A DNA stretch of 64,000 nt, from contig CAVQBB010000006.1 in the NCBI GenBank assembly GCA_963710655.1, positions 3,423 through 67,422 on the forward strand, read 5' to 3'. The DNA is from an uncultured Actinomycetota bacterium (lineage in GTDB: Bacteria; Actinomycetota; Actinomycetes; Nanopelagicales; Nanopelagicaceae). The notes beneath the pieces were generated by a model. The model was not told the DNA's origin and did no database searches. It saw only the letters and a program-made list of their open reading frames with translations. The translations under genes were made by a program, and so were the position numbers. Shown here one piece after another: positions 1 through 10,900 of this stretch (positions are counted from its first letter, which is position 1; each line of letters begins with the position of its first letter).

Positions 1-2650
1 GCCGCAGACCGCTAACGCTGCAACAGCCCTCACATCTAATGGCTTCACCAAGACCGGTTACACCTTCACTGGTTGGAACACCTGCTGCTGATGGCACAGG
101 TACTGCCTATGGCAATGGCGCTACCTATACAGCTTCACCACTCGATCTGACCTTTATGCCCAATGGGTACTGGACACTAGTGGTGGCGGTGGAATTGTTG
201 TTGATTACTACGCCGCTGCTGGTGGATTAGTATCGGATGGAACGAATCCTTCTTCGACACATGTTCAAGTCACAGAGGATGGAATTGATCAGTACTACGT
301 TACCGCCGTTCCTAGTGCGGGTTACCATTTCGATCATTGGAGCGATGACCTTTGCACACCTACCTGTAGTGCACCAGCCACTCGCGAAGATTCTTCTGCA
401 ACGGGAAGTTTCTCCACTACTGCAATCTTCGCTGCAAATGCAGCACCTAGCCACACAGTTACATTCGACCGTAATGGTGGCAATGGAGTGATGAGTCCTG
501 AAACTGCCAACACTGCAACTGCGCTGACAGCATATTCATTTACTCCACCAGCTGGTTACAGTTTCTCGGGCTGGAACACTCTGGCCAATGGCACGGGCAC
601 CCCTTATAGCAATGGTGCAACGTACGGCTTTAGTGCCGATGTCACTCTTTACGCCCAGTGGCTCGTGAACACCTATAACATCGTTGCCAGCTCTGGGGTG
701 AACGGAAGCATCTCATCTCCGGGAACAACAGCAGTTAATTATGGTTCAAGCAAGACTTACACCTTCACGCCTTCATCTGGCTATGCAATTGCATCAGTTC
801 TTGTGGATGGTTCTCCGGTTGGAGCACCTAGCAGCTATACCTTCACCAGCGTTAGCGCTGCTCACACGATCAGCGTGACCTTCAGTGCGCTTCCACCTCC
901 ACCACCTCCAACAACTTACACATTGACGTATGTTGCTGGAGCTAATGGCTCAATCAGTGGCACAACGGTGCAAACTGTGACTTCAGGTGCGAGTGGAACT
1001 GCGGTGACGGCTGTCGCTAGTTCTGGTTTCCACTTCGTTCAGTGGTCTGATAACTCCACCCAAGCCACGCGTACGGATTCGAACGTCACCGCTAACCACA
1101 CCTACACCGCCACATTTGCGGCGGATGTAACTCCACCTCCAACGACTTACACATTGATCTACTCAGCCGGTGCCAACGGCTCGATCAGCGGTGTCACAAC
1201 GCAGAGCGTTGTATCCGGTGGTAATGGAACCTTAGTCACAGCCGTAGCCAACACTGGATACCACTTTGTCTCTTGGTCAGATGGAAAGACGACTGCAGCA
1301 CGCACTGATTTCGGAGTTTCTGCAAATATTTCAGTTACCGCATCGTTCGCACCTAATGGAATTCAACCTCCAACCAATACAACTACCTTCACCTTGAGCT
1401 ATGCCGCAAATGCCAATGGAACTATCTCCGGATCTGCTACTCAGGTCGTTTCGCCTGGTGCAAACGGATCAGCGGTTACTGCAGTTCCAAATACCGGGTA
1501 CCACTTTGTCTCTTGGAGCGACGGCCTCACTACTGCCACTCGTGTAGACACCAATGTCTTGGCAGATCATGCGTATGTCGCGAACTTCTCTAAGGATTCA
1601 GTCGTACCAGTAATGCACACCATATTTGTGAGTGGCGGGCCAAATGGAACCGTGGAGCCTCTTGGTGCTCGCGTGGTCAATGATGGCGACACATTGCAAA
1701 TAGCTATTACTCCAGATACCAATTACCACGTCGGTGATGTCGTAGTGGACGGAGTGAGCGTTGGCGCAACGAATACTTACACCTTCGTCGGAATTCAAAG
1801 CGATCACACCATTTCGGCAACCTTTGATGTGAATACAAATGGATCAACTGACCCTGGGACGGGCGGCGGCTCGACCCCGATTATTCCTGAAGGAACTGAT
1901 GGCGTTAAGGCAACCGAGTCAGGAGTAAACGACCCAGTTGTTCTCTCCTTGCTACAAGGCGGAACAGGTGTTCAACTCTCTGCTAAGAACTGGATGATTC
2001 AGATCGCCAGTGACAAGAAGTCGGTTTACGGCATCAAGTTGCCAACCAAGATTCAGGTTTATCTGATTCGCGGCGTAAATGCGACCACGAACGGAACTGG
2101 ATTTATGCCGGGAACGATCGCTCGCGTATATCTCTACTCAACTCGACTCTTCTTGGGTCAAGCCACTGTGCTAGCAGATGGAACGTTTGCTGCTCACTTC
2201 CCTGTCTCTGCAGAAACGACTTTGGGCTATCACGTCATGCAGGTTGAAGGAACCTCATATGACGGACAACCTCGCACCGCTGCTGTTGGACTACAAGTTA
2301 TTAACAAGCCTTCAACTGGCTTGGTACAGCTTGGATCAATCTTGTATGACCTCAATGTGAGCAAGTTGAACTCCACCAACATCACCAAACTTGCAGCTGC
2401 CATAGCTACGATTTCTGCCGGTGACTTCAAGAAGATCTGGATCTACGGATACACGGATCGTCAGACCGGTGTAAACAATCAAGCACTTTCACGTCTACGT
2501 TCCAAGCAGATTGCGGATCTGCTCAATGCGATCTTGCCGAAGGCTATCGTTGGATTTAAATACTTTGGACCAGCAAATCCTAAGGATCCAGCGCACACCC
2601 AGGCGGCTTATGCTCAAAACAGACGCTCTGAAATTTGGGGTCAGACCTGA
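1..2650 (+). CDS. Large repeat-rich cell-surface protein, 5'-partial: Listeria-Bacteroides-type repeats, InlB-B-repeat-like ~80-aa modules, C-terminal OmpA-like peptidoglycan-binding domain; frame broken twice near nt 83 and 151
   Basis: Frame 2 is open from 92 to the TGA at 2648-2650; track ORF 488..2650 is only its Met-delimited part. GY.F.GWNT...GTGT.Y.NGATY...LYAQW repeats occur at about 40-165 and 540-665. Three tandem TTYTL.Y.AGANGSISG...GYHFV.WSD modules joined by PPP linkers span about 900-1620. The C-terminus YGYTDRQTG...NRRSEIW is OmpA-C-like. The first repeat reads frame 2 -> 3 -> 2 with an in-frame TGA at 89-91. Confidence 0.7.
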
Positions 2651-2825
2651 TAGGCGAATGGGCTGCCTTCCAAGTGGATTTTGTTGGCTAAGTGGATTTT
2701 GTTAGTTGGATCATGAGAGCTGCGCAAGTAGAACTACTTGATCACTCCAACGCTTCCCAGCACTGCCAAGATAAATAGCAAGAAAAGGACGCCGATGGTA
2801 ACTCGGCGCCTCAACTTTGCACTCA

Positions 2826-3956
<1,131 letters not shown>

Positions 3957-3967
3957 CTAAGGCATTT

Positions 3968-4645
3968 TTAGGGGTGCAGGCGCGTGAGTTGCCAGTCGTC
4001 GCCAGATGTGGTGAAGATCAAACGATCATGAAGCCGTGAGTACCGACCCTGCCAAAACTCTATTGAAATTGGAGTAACTAGATAGCCTCCCCAATGTGGG
4101 GGAGTAGGCACTATCGAACCCTCAGGATATTTTTCGGCGAACTCATCGAAGCGAGCTTGAAGGTGTTCACGCGACTCCAGATCTTGCGACTGAGAACTAG
4201 CCCAGGCGCCGATCTGGCTGCCCCAGGGTCTTGTGGAAAAGTAATCTTCAGAGAACTTTCTATCGACCTTAGAGGCCAGGCCCTTAACAATGACTTGCCG
4301 CTCCATCGCGTACCAGGGGAAGAGCAGAGCCACCTCAGGGCGAGCAGCGATCGCCCTACCTTTGTTGGACTCGTAATTGGTGAAGAAAGAGAATCCGGCG
4401 TCGGAGACATCTTTCAAGAGGACGGTGCGAGATGCCGGACCCCACTGGTCAACGGTGGAGAGAACCATGGCATTTGCCTCGACGATAACGGGGTTGGCTG
4501 CGGCCTCGGCTAGCCAGATCTTAAATTGGGCGAGGGGATCAGAGGCGATCTCGGACTCAGCCAGACCTCTCTCCCCGTAGGAGCGACGCATTGACCTGAT
4601 CTGATCTCGGGTGAGGCTGACTTCGGAGTCGTGAGAGTTGCTCAT
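3968..4645 (-). CDS. pdxH: Pyridoxamine 5'-phosphate oxidase
   Basis: Motifs LLFPWYAMERQVIVKG and EFWQGRYSRLHDRLIF. I place the start at the internal ATG 4643-4645 (MSNSHDSEV...). The track start at 4720 would overlap the divergent citrate synthase gene. Confidence 0.85.
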   Translation of the reverse strand: MSNSHDSEVSLTRDQIRSMRRSYGERGLAESEIASDPLAQFKIWLAEAAANPVIVEANAMVLSTVDQWGPASRTVLLKDVSDAGFSFFTNYESNKGRAIAARPEVALLFPWYAMERQVIVKGLASKVDRKFSEDYFSTRPWGSQIGAWASSQSQDLESREHLQARFDEFAEKYPEGSIVPTPPHWGGYLVTPISIEFWQGRYSRLHDRLIFTTSGDDWQLTRLHP

Positions 4646-4737
4646 AGGTGTATCTAACGTCACTTTTGGGCATTCGGCTATTTGGGCCACAGGGTTTGTA
4701 CGCCGTAGGTTCAAGCGCAAGAATAAGGGTACCTATT

Positions 4738-5868
4738 GTGGAGGGATTTTCCGTGAGCGATGATTTTAAGCCGGGCCTGGAGGGCGTAATTGCCTTTGAG
4801 TCGACGATTGCAGAACCAGATAAAGAGGGTAGCGCGCTGCGATATCGCGGTGTTGATATTGAAGATTTAGTCGGTCGTGTCACCTTCGGAAACGTCTGGG
4901 GACTTTTAGTCGATGATGAATTCAATCCAGGACTTCCACCAGCAGAAAGATTTCCACTCCCAGTTCACTCTGGAGATGTGCGTGTAGACGTTCAATCGGC
5001 GATTGCGATGCTCGCTCCAGCATGGGGACTTAAGCCACTTCTTGATATCTCAGATGAGGAAGCACGTTCCAATTTGGCTCGCGCCTCGGTCATGGTGCTC
5101 TCATATGTAGCTCAATCTGCACGTGGTGTTGTTCAACCTGTTGTTCCTGAGTCCGAGATTGATAAGGCTCACACAGTTGTTGAGAGAATGATGATTCGCT
5201 GGCGTGGCGAACCTGATCCACTACATGTACGAGCAATCGACGCCTATTTCGTTTCCGCTGCAGAACATGGAATGAACGCATCAACATTTACTGCACGCGT
5301 CATTGCATCTACTGGTGCAGATGTAGCTGCATCGCTCTCTGGTGCAATCGGAGCGATGTCTGGCCCACTGCATGGTGGGGCTCCTGCACGCGTTTTGAGC
5401 ATGATCGAGGGCGTTGAAAAGCATGGCGATGCTCGTTCTTATGTAAAAGGAATTATGGATCGTGGCGAGCGCTTGATGGGATTTGGCCATCGCGTTTATC
5501 GAGCAGAAGATCCTCGTGCCCGTACTCTGCGTCGTACCGCAAAGGAACTCGGTGCGCCTCGCTATGAAGTTGCCCTCGAACTCGAGAAGGCGGCGCTCGC
5601 GGAATTGCATGAGCGCCATCCAGAGCGTGTGCTTGAAACAAACGTTGAATTTTGGGCGGCTATTGTGCTCGATTTCGCGCAGGTTCCAGCTCCACTCTTT
5701 ACATCCATGTTTACCGCAGCGCGCACCGCTGGTTGGTCCGCACACATTCTGGAGCAGAAGCGCACTGGCCGCTTAATCCGCCCATCTGCGCGCTATGTTG
5801 GCCCAGGCCCACGTAGCCCCAAGGATGTTAAGGGTTGGGATGAGACGGTCCATCAACTTCACAACTGA
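4738..5868 (+). CDS. citA: Citrate synthase (short, CitA-like form)
   Basis: Carries the GFGHRVYRAEDPRA citrate-synthase signature. The likely start is the GTG at 4738 (VEGFSVSDDFKPGLEG...) behind AAGGGT. The track start at 4648 would overlap pdxH. Confidence 0.8.
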   Translation: MEGFSVSDDFKPGLEGVIAFESTIAEPDKEGSALRYRGVDIEDLVGRVTFGNVWGLLVDDEFNPGLPPAERFPLPVHSGDVRVDVQSAIAMLAPAWGLKPLLDISDEEARSNLARASVMVLSYVAQSARGVVQPVVPESEIDKAHTVVERMMIRWRGEPDPLHVRAIDAYFVSAAEHGMNASTFTARVIASTGADVAASLSGAIGAMSGPLHGGAPARVLSMIEGVEKHGDARSYVKGIMDRGERLMGFGHRVYRAEDPRARTLRRTAKELGAPRYEVALELEKAALAELHERHPERVLETNVEFWAAIVLDFAQVPAPLFTSMFTAARTAGWSAHILEQKRTGRLIRPSARYVGPGPRSPKDVKGWDETVHQLHN

Positions 5869-5914
5869 TTGCAGTCACAATCAGTAAAGAGAGTTGATCT
5901 GTTTCGCTAATGCC

Positions 5915-6937
5915 TTACTTTTTGTAAGGTGCTGTCGAATCACCAAGAATCAAATCCCCAATCCAGAGTTGTTGCTTCTCGGGATTGGGGATTCCTTCCA
6001 GTTGATCAATCGTGATGTTGATGGCCGCCGCAGCCATCTCATATGCGGGAAGATCCACAGTCGTTAATTTCGGCCAAGACATATTTATTTGAGCCTTCGG
6101 AGTATTGACGGAGATTACTGAGAGATCTTCAGGGATGGAGATCCCCTCTTCGTGCGCGCCGTTGATAAACCCTATCGTGGCTAGATCTGGTAGGGCGAGT
6201 ACTGCAGTGACCTGCTTGTAATTTTTCCGCATGAATTGGTATGCGATTCGCCCCGAGTTGGGATCATTCAAACTCGGAATTTCGATTGCCACGAATTCCG
6301 CGGTCTTTTGCATGTTTAATGATCGAACTTTGGAAACGCTTATCAACCCCTCGAGGATCCTGTGTCTGCTTCTCACTTGCCTGGGTGAGAAAGGCGATAT
6401 TTTTGTGGCCTAACTCAAAGAAATAGTCGATCGCCCGCTTGGACACTTCTTCGAAGTCGCGATCAACATAATTGATAGCAGAAGGATCTTGCGTTCTACC
6501 GATCATGGTGAGGGGTACTTCTTGCTCCAGCAAGGTAATCAACGCGCTTATCTCGGAGGTGGATTTCCATCAGCAGCACTGCGCCTAACAGCCCAGACTT
6601 GGCAAGGGTTGCGATCTGATTCATATCTGCGTTGTCGCCGGGCCAAAGGATCAGCGCATAGCCACGCTCGCTGGCTGCATTAACAGCTCCCGTTATGTAC
6701 TGCAGGGCGACCGGTGAAATTCCAGCGGCCTGTTCCGGGAAAGAGCATCGCGAGAGTCTTCGATCTCCCTCCAGCGAGGGCCCCGGCAGCAAAATGTGGA
6801 ACGTAATTCATCTCGGCAACCACCTGAAGAATTCGCTCTCGAGTTTCAGGTTTTATGGAGCGCTTCCCCGTGAGTGCATAGGTAACTGTGCTGGGGGAGA
6901 CCCCAGCACGCCGTGCTACTTCTTCTCGGGTGGCCAT
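5915..6937 (-). pseudogene. LacI/GalR-family transcriptional regulator, reading frame broken at least three times
   Basis: Four overlapping track ORFs (6680..6937, 6496..6792, 6264..6542, 5915..6376) together spell one LacI-type protein. It has an N-terminal HTH (MATREEVARRAGVSPSTVTYALTG...) followed by a sugar-binding fold. Frame changes lie near 6740, 6545 and 6300. Confidence 0.8.
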
Positions 6938-7021
6938 TTATAACGCTTTAGTCACAATCTAGTAGATGAGTGCTGGCTGGCTTCTTTTTCTCAGAAAGTC
7001 GCTATAGATTAGCACCACTGA

Positions 7022-7035
7022 TCGACACGTGTCGA
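7022..7035. promoter_or_regulatory. Perfect 14-bp palindrome TCGACACGTGTCGA, candidate operator in the lacI-like/malE divergent region
   Basis: Exact inverted repeat read from the sequence. It lies about 47 nt upstream of the malE ATG (7082) and 85 nt from the LacI-like start. Confidence 0.4.
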
Positions 7036-7081
7036 AACTCTGGAAGGAAACTTTTGGAGTTAACAATCGATGGAGGAATGA

Positions 7082-8320
7082 ATGAAAAGGAAACTCAGTC
7101 TGGTTGGCATCGTTGCCAGCGCAGCACTTGTAGGTTCAACACTTCTCGTACCAAGCGCTAATGCTGCGCAACGTACGCTCATTGTTTGGGCTGATGATCA
7201 ACGCGGTCCACAATTAACGACTTTGATTGGTGGAAATACATCAATCGTTCCAGGTTACAAGATTCAAGTTAAGTTCTTCTCAAGCTTATCTGCTCTTCAA
7301 GATGCATGGTCTAAGGCTTCTGCTGCGAGTGGACCGGACGTACTAACAGGTCCAGCTTCATTCGTTCTTGACGCTAAGTCAGGAAAGTTGGCTTCCATCC
7401 AACCTGGATCAGCAAACCAAGCATTCTCAAAGGGTGCAATCTCTGCCATGTCATACGCTGGAAAGCAATATGGCGTAGCACTTGATATTGATACAACTGC
7501 ACTCGTCTACAACAAGACTCTCTTCGGTTCTGCTGCTCCAACAAGCTTGGTTCAGATGGTCAACTTCTATAACACCAATAAGGCATCAAAGGGACTCGTC
7601 GGTGGCGTTTGCGCAGCTGATGCAACATGGGGTACTCAAGCTCTCCTCAATGGTTTTGGTGGCGGCGCTTGGGATATCTCAAAGAGCAAGCCTAACTACA
7701 ACAAGGTTGTTCTTAACTCTCCAGCATTTATCTCAAACGTTAAGAAGTACTTGCTTGACTCTTCAGGTAAGTCAACTGGCTTCTTCCAATGGGATTCTTG
7801 CAACGCAGCATTCACAGCAGGAAAGATTCCATTTGCTATCACCGGTGCATGGAACTACGGCGGATACACCAAGGCAGGTTTGAGCTTTGGTCTTTCAGCT
7901 ATTCCTGGTCTCAATGGCGGCACTGCAGCACAATGGGTTAACTACTCAGGTGCATTCTTGACCTCATATGCAGCAACCCATGGAGTTTCAATTGGTGCTC
8001 GTCAGCTCCTCTTGAACTTCTTTGCTTCAACCGATGGTCAAGTTGCTATGTACAAGGCATCAACTCGTCCACCAGCAAATGCACAGGCAATCGCTCAAGT
8101 GACAGATCCATTGACACTTGGAGTAGCAACTGCTGCTCAATCTGGTACCCCACAAGTTGATGGTCTATTGAATGACAAGGCTGGCGGAACCAACTGGTAC
8201 GACACATTGTCAGCTCTTTACACCGCAATCTTTACCCAAGGTAAGGATGTTGCTTCTAGCCTCAATGCTGCAGCAGCAATTGAACAAAAAGACTTCGACG
8301 ATGCGGCTGCATCTCTCTAG
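7082..8320 (+). CDS. malE: Maltose/maltodextrin-type ABC transporter substrate-binding protein
   Basis: Has a signal peptide (MKRKLSLVGIVASAALVGSTLLVPSANA) and a family-1 solute-binding fold. It is followed by MalF/MalG-type permeases and GH13 enzymes. Confidence 0.75.
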   Translation: MKRKLSLVGIVASAALVGSTLLVPSANAAQRTLIVWADDQRGPQLTTLIGGNTSIVPGYKIQVKFFSSLSALQDAWSKASAASGPDVLTGPASFVLDAKSGKLASIQPGSANQAFSKGAISAMSYAGKQYGVALDIDTTALVYNKTLFGSAAPTSLVQMVNFYNTNKASKGLVGGVCAADATWGTQALLNGFGGGAWDISKSKPNYNKVVLNSPAFISNVKKYLLDSSGKSTGFFQWDSCNAAFTAGKIPFAITGAWNYGGYTKAGLSFGLSAIPGLNGGTAAQWVNYSGAFLTSYAATHGVSIGARQLLLNFFASTDGQVAMYKASTRPPANAQAIAQVTDPLTLGVATAAQSGTPQVDGLLNDKAGGTNWYDTLSALYTAIFTQGKDVASSLNAAAAIEQKDFDDAAASL

Positions 8321-8332
8321 TCTGTAATTGTT

Positions 8333-8368
8333 AAAACTGGCCGGCAGTAACTACTGTCGGCCAGTTTT
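8333..8368 (+). terminator. Near-perfect 36-nt palindrome / intrinsic terminator-like hairpin between malE and malF
   Basis: AAAACTGGCCGGCAGTA-AC-TACTGTCGGCCAGTTTT. It has one G-T wobble, an A-tract on the left and a T-tract on the right. Confidence 0.6.
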
Positions 8369-8425
8369 ATTCACGTTAAAATTCAGCCATAATCATCCCA
8401 ACATTCTGAGTTTCTGGAGGTCTAT

Positions 8426-9970
8426 GTGAATCGCCTTTCTGGTTTCACTGGGACCATCGCATTGCTAGGCAAGATCATCTTTATGGCAGCTGTCGATGCC
8501 ATTTTGCTTGCGATGTTTCTTGCCGCGCTCCATAAGCATTCTGGAATTATTCAATTAGTCATTGCATTAGTTGCCTTGGCAGCAAACTTCGTTTACTTTT
8601 CCAAGCGCACCATGCCTTTCAAATTCCTTTTACCTGGATTAATTCTTCTGACCCTCTTTGTAGTCATTCCAGTTGTTTACACAGTGGAGATGTCATTCTT
8701 TAATTACCAATCCGGAAACATCGTCACCAAGGATGCTGCAGTTACGCAGCTTATAAATAATGGTCTCACTCCGGACGCTGCCAACACCTCTTACGATATG
8801 GTCCTGGGCACTGATAACGGTGGATTTACCGCACTTCTTACTAACCCAGCCACCCACATCTCATACATTGCCAACGAGAAAATGGTTGTTGTTCTCAATC
8901 CGGGCGAATTTAAGACTAATTCAAAGGGAGATGCAATTAGCGTCCCTGGGTTCAAGCCATATACCCCGGACGAAGAGGCCAATCTGGATAGCGTTATCTC
9001 CAACGCTAAATTCCCGCTCCCGAATGGCGATTTCATTCAACCGCAAGATACCTCCTCAGCCTCATTACTAACGCAGAGCGTGCACTATGACCCAGCAACG
9101 GGGTTGCTTAAGAATGCCGCAACGGGCAAGACATATAAAGATAATGGCAACGGCAACTTTGCCAATGTAGATAACCCTAAGGATCTCCTGTATCCGGGAT
9201 GGAAGTCCTTTAGCAAATTTCAAAATTATGCTCACTTACTAAGTGATCCAAATATTCGTGGTCCCTTTATCGGAGTTTTTGTTTGGACTTTCTGCTTCGC
9301 CTCAATAACGGTGATACTGATGTTTGGCTTTGGATTGTTGCTTGCCATCGCCCTCGAACAGAAATTGCGATTCAAGCGTTTTTATCGCTCGATAGTGATT
9401 TTGCCGTATGCCATCCCGAGCTTTATGAGCATCTTGATCTGGAAGGGAATGTTTAATACGCAGTTTGGTGCGGTAAATGCGCTCTTCCATTCACATATCG
9501 ACTTCTTCGACAGCCCATGGCTCGCTCGTGGGATGGTCTTGATTGTTAACCTGTGGTTGGGCCTTCCTTATTTTTATCTCATCAGCACTGGGGCTCTCCA
9601 AGCAATTCCAGCCGATCTCGAAGAGGCGGCCGAGATGGATGGTGCGACCTCCACACAGATCTTGCGCCAGATTAAATTGCCACTTCTTTTACAGATTTTG
9701 GCACCTCTTCTCATCTCATCATTTGCATTCAATTTCAATAATTTCAATTTGATCTACTTGCTGACAGGTGGAGGGCCAACTGATGCCTTGCATGGTCAGA
9801 CCGCTGGAGCAACGGATATTTTGATTACATATACGTATAAGACCGCCTTTAATGGGGCCAATCAGAATTACGGTTCAGCCTCGGCGATCTCGATGCTGAT
9901 CTTCCTTATAGTGGCATCTCTCTCCCTATGGAGTTTGCGTAGATCTCGTGTATTGGATTTGGTGAGCTAA
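8426..9970 (+). CDS. malF: MalF-type ABC transporter permease with large extracytoplasmic loop
   Basis: 514 aa with a GTG start. Contains the EAA-loop motif EEAAEMDGATSTQILRQIKLPLL and a long hydrophilic insert between early TM helices, as in MalF. Confidence 0.75.
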   Translation: MNRLSGFTGTIALLGKIIFMAAVDAILLAMFLAALHKHSGIIQLVIALVALAANFVYFSKRTMPFKFLLPGLILLTLFVVIPVVYTVEMSFFNYQSGNIVTKDAAVTQLINNGLTPDAANTSYDMVLGTDNGGFTALLTNPATHISYIANEKMVVVLNPGEFKTNSKGDAISVPGFKPYTPDEEANLDSVISNAKFPLPNGDFIQPQDTSSASLLTQSVHYDPATGLLKNAATGKTYKDNGNGNFANVDNPKDLLYPGWKSFSKFQNYAHLLSDPNIRGPFIGVFVWTFCFASITVILMFGFGLLLAIALEQKLRFKRFYRSIVILPYAIPSFMSILIWKGMFNTQFGAVNALFHSHIDFFDSPWLARGMVLIVNLWLGLPYFYLISTGALQAIPADLEEAAEMDGATSTQILRQIKLPLLLQILAPLLISSFAFNFNNFNLIYLLTGGGPTDALHGQTAGATDILITYTYKTAFNGANQNYGSASAISMLIFLIVASLSLWSLRRSRVLDLVS

Positions 9971-10848
9971 TGGCTACTCAAGCGGTAAAGCGTCACAAAG
10001 GGCGGATCTCTAAGGGCCACCTAATCGCTCACTCATACATTTGGGTGATCATCCTCTTCGTACTCTTCCCGATCTATGTAGTTATTGAATCAAGTTTCAA
10101 TCCAACCGGACTCCTGAATTCTGGATCCTTCATTCCTACTCAATTTAGTTGGGCGAATTACCATCTGCTCCTCACTGACCCTCATGTGCCCTTCTTGCGC
10201 TGGATTTTCAATTCGATCCTGCTAGCGACTGGTAATGCGGTTATTGCGGTATTTATCGGCGGAGCATCAGCATTTGCATTCAGCCGCATGAAATTTAGAG
10301 GTCGCAAGATTGGCCTACAGGCGCTCTTGCTAGTTCAGGTCTTCCCATCATTCCTCGCCCTTGCAGCGATTTATGTGATGATGGAGCGGGTTTACACCGT
10401 CTTTCCTGCTATTGGCTTAGGAAGCCTTGGTGGCCTCTTGCTGATCTACCTCGGTGGCTCAATGGGAGTAAACATTTGGCTGCTTCGGGGTTATATCGAC
10501 ACGATTCCGATGGAGCTCGATGAGGCAGCCCGTATCGATGGTGCATCGACCCCACAGGTCTATTGGTTGATCTTCTTCCCGCTCGCAGCTCCTGTGCTAG
10601 CGGTGACTGCGTTGCTAGCTTTCATTGGCACCTTTAACGAATTCATCTTGGCCTCTATTTTCTTGACCGATGTGCATCAACGCACCGTAGCCGTTGGGCT
10701 GAACTCATTCGTAGGCGCCCAATTTGGGCAAAATTGGGGACCTTTCGCGGCCGGCTCATTGATGGCCTCAATTCCTCTCGTGATCCTCTTCCTATCGCTG
10801 CAGCGCTTTATTATCGGAGGACTCACCCAAGGCGCAACAAAGGGTTAA
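9970..10848 (+). CDS. malG: MalG-type ABC transporter permease
   Basis: Contains the EAA motif DEAARIDGASTPQVYWLIFFPLAAP. Its start overlaps the malF stop (TAATG). Confidence 0.75.
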   Translation: MATQAVKRHKGRISKGHLIAHSYIWVIILFVLFPIYVVIESSFNPTGLLNSGSFIPTQFSWANYHLLLTDPHVPFLRWIFNSILLATGNAVIAVFIGGASAFAFSRMKFRGRKIGLQALLLVQVFPSFLALAAIYVMMERVYTVFPAIGLGSLGGLLLIYLGGSMGVNIWLLRGYIDTIPMELDEAARIDGASTPQVYWLIFFPLAAPVLAVTALLAFIGTFNEFILASIFLTDVHQRTVAVGLNSFVGAQFGQNWGPFAAGSLMASIPLVILFLSLQRFIIGGLTQGATKG

Positions 10849-10900
10849 TAATTCACCTTCTAGATTAACTTCGCTACGAGTAGCACGAAAAGAGGGCGCA

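Noticed and set aside
4648-4737. N-terminal extensions of citrate synthase (track start 4648) and of pdxH (track start 4720)
   Set aside because: The two extensions overlap each other on opposite strands and add non-conserved residues. Internal starts at 4738 (GTG) and 4645 (ATG) give normal-length proteins.
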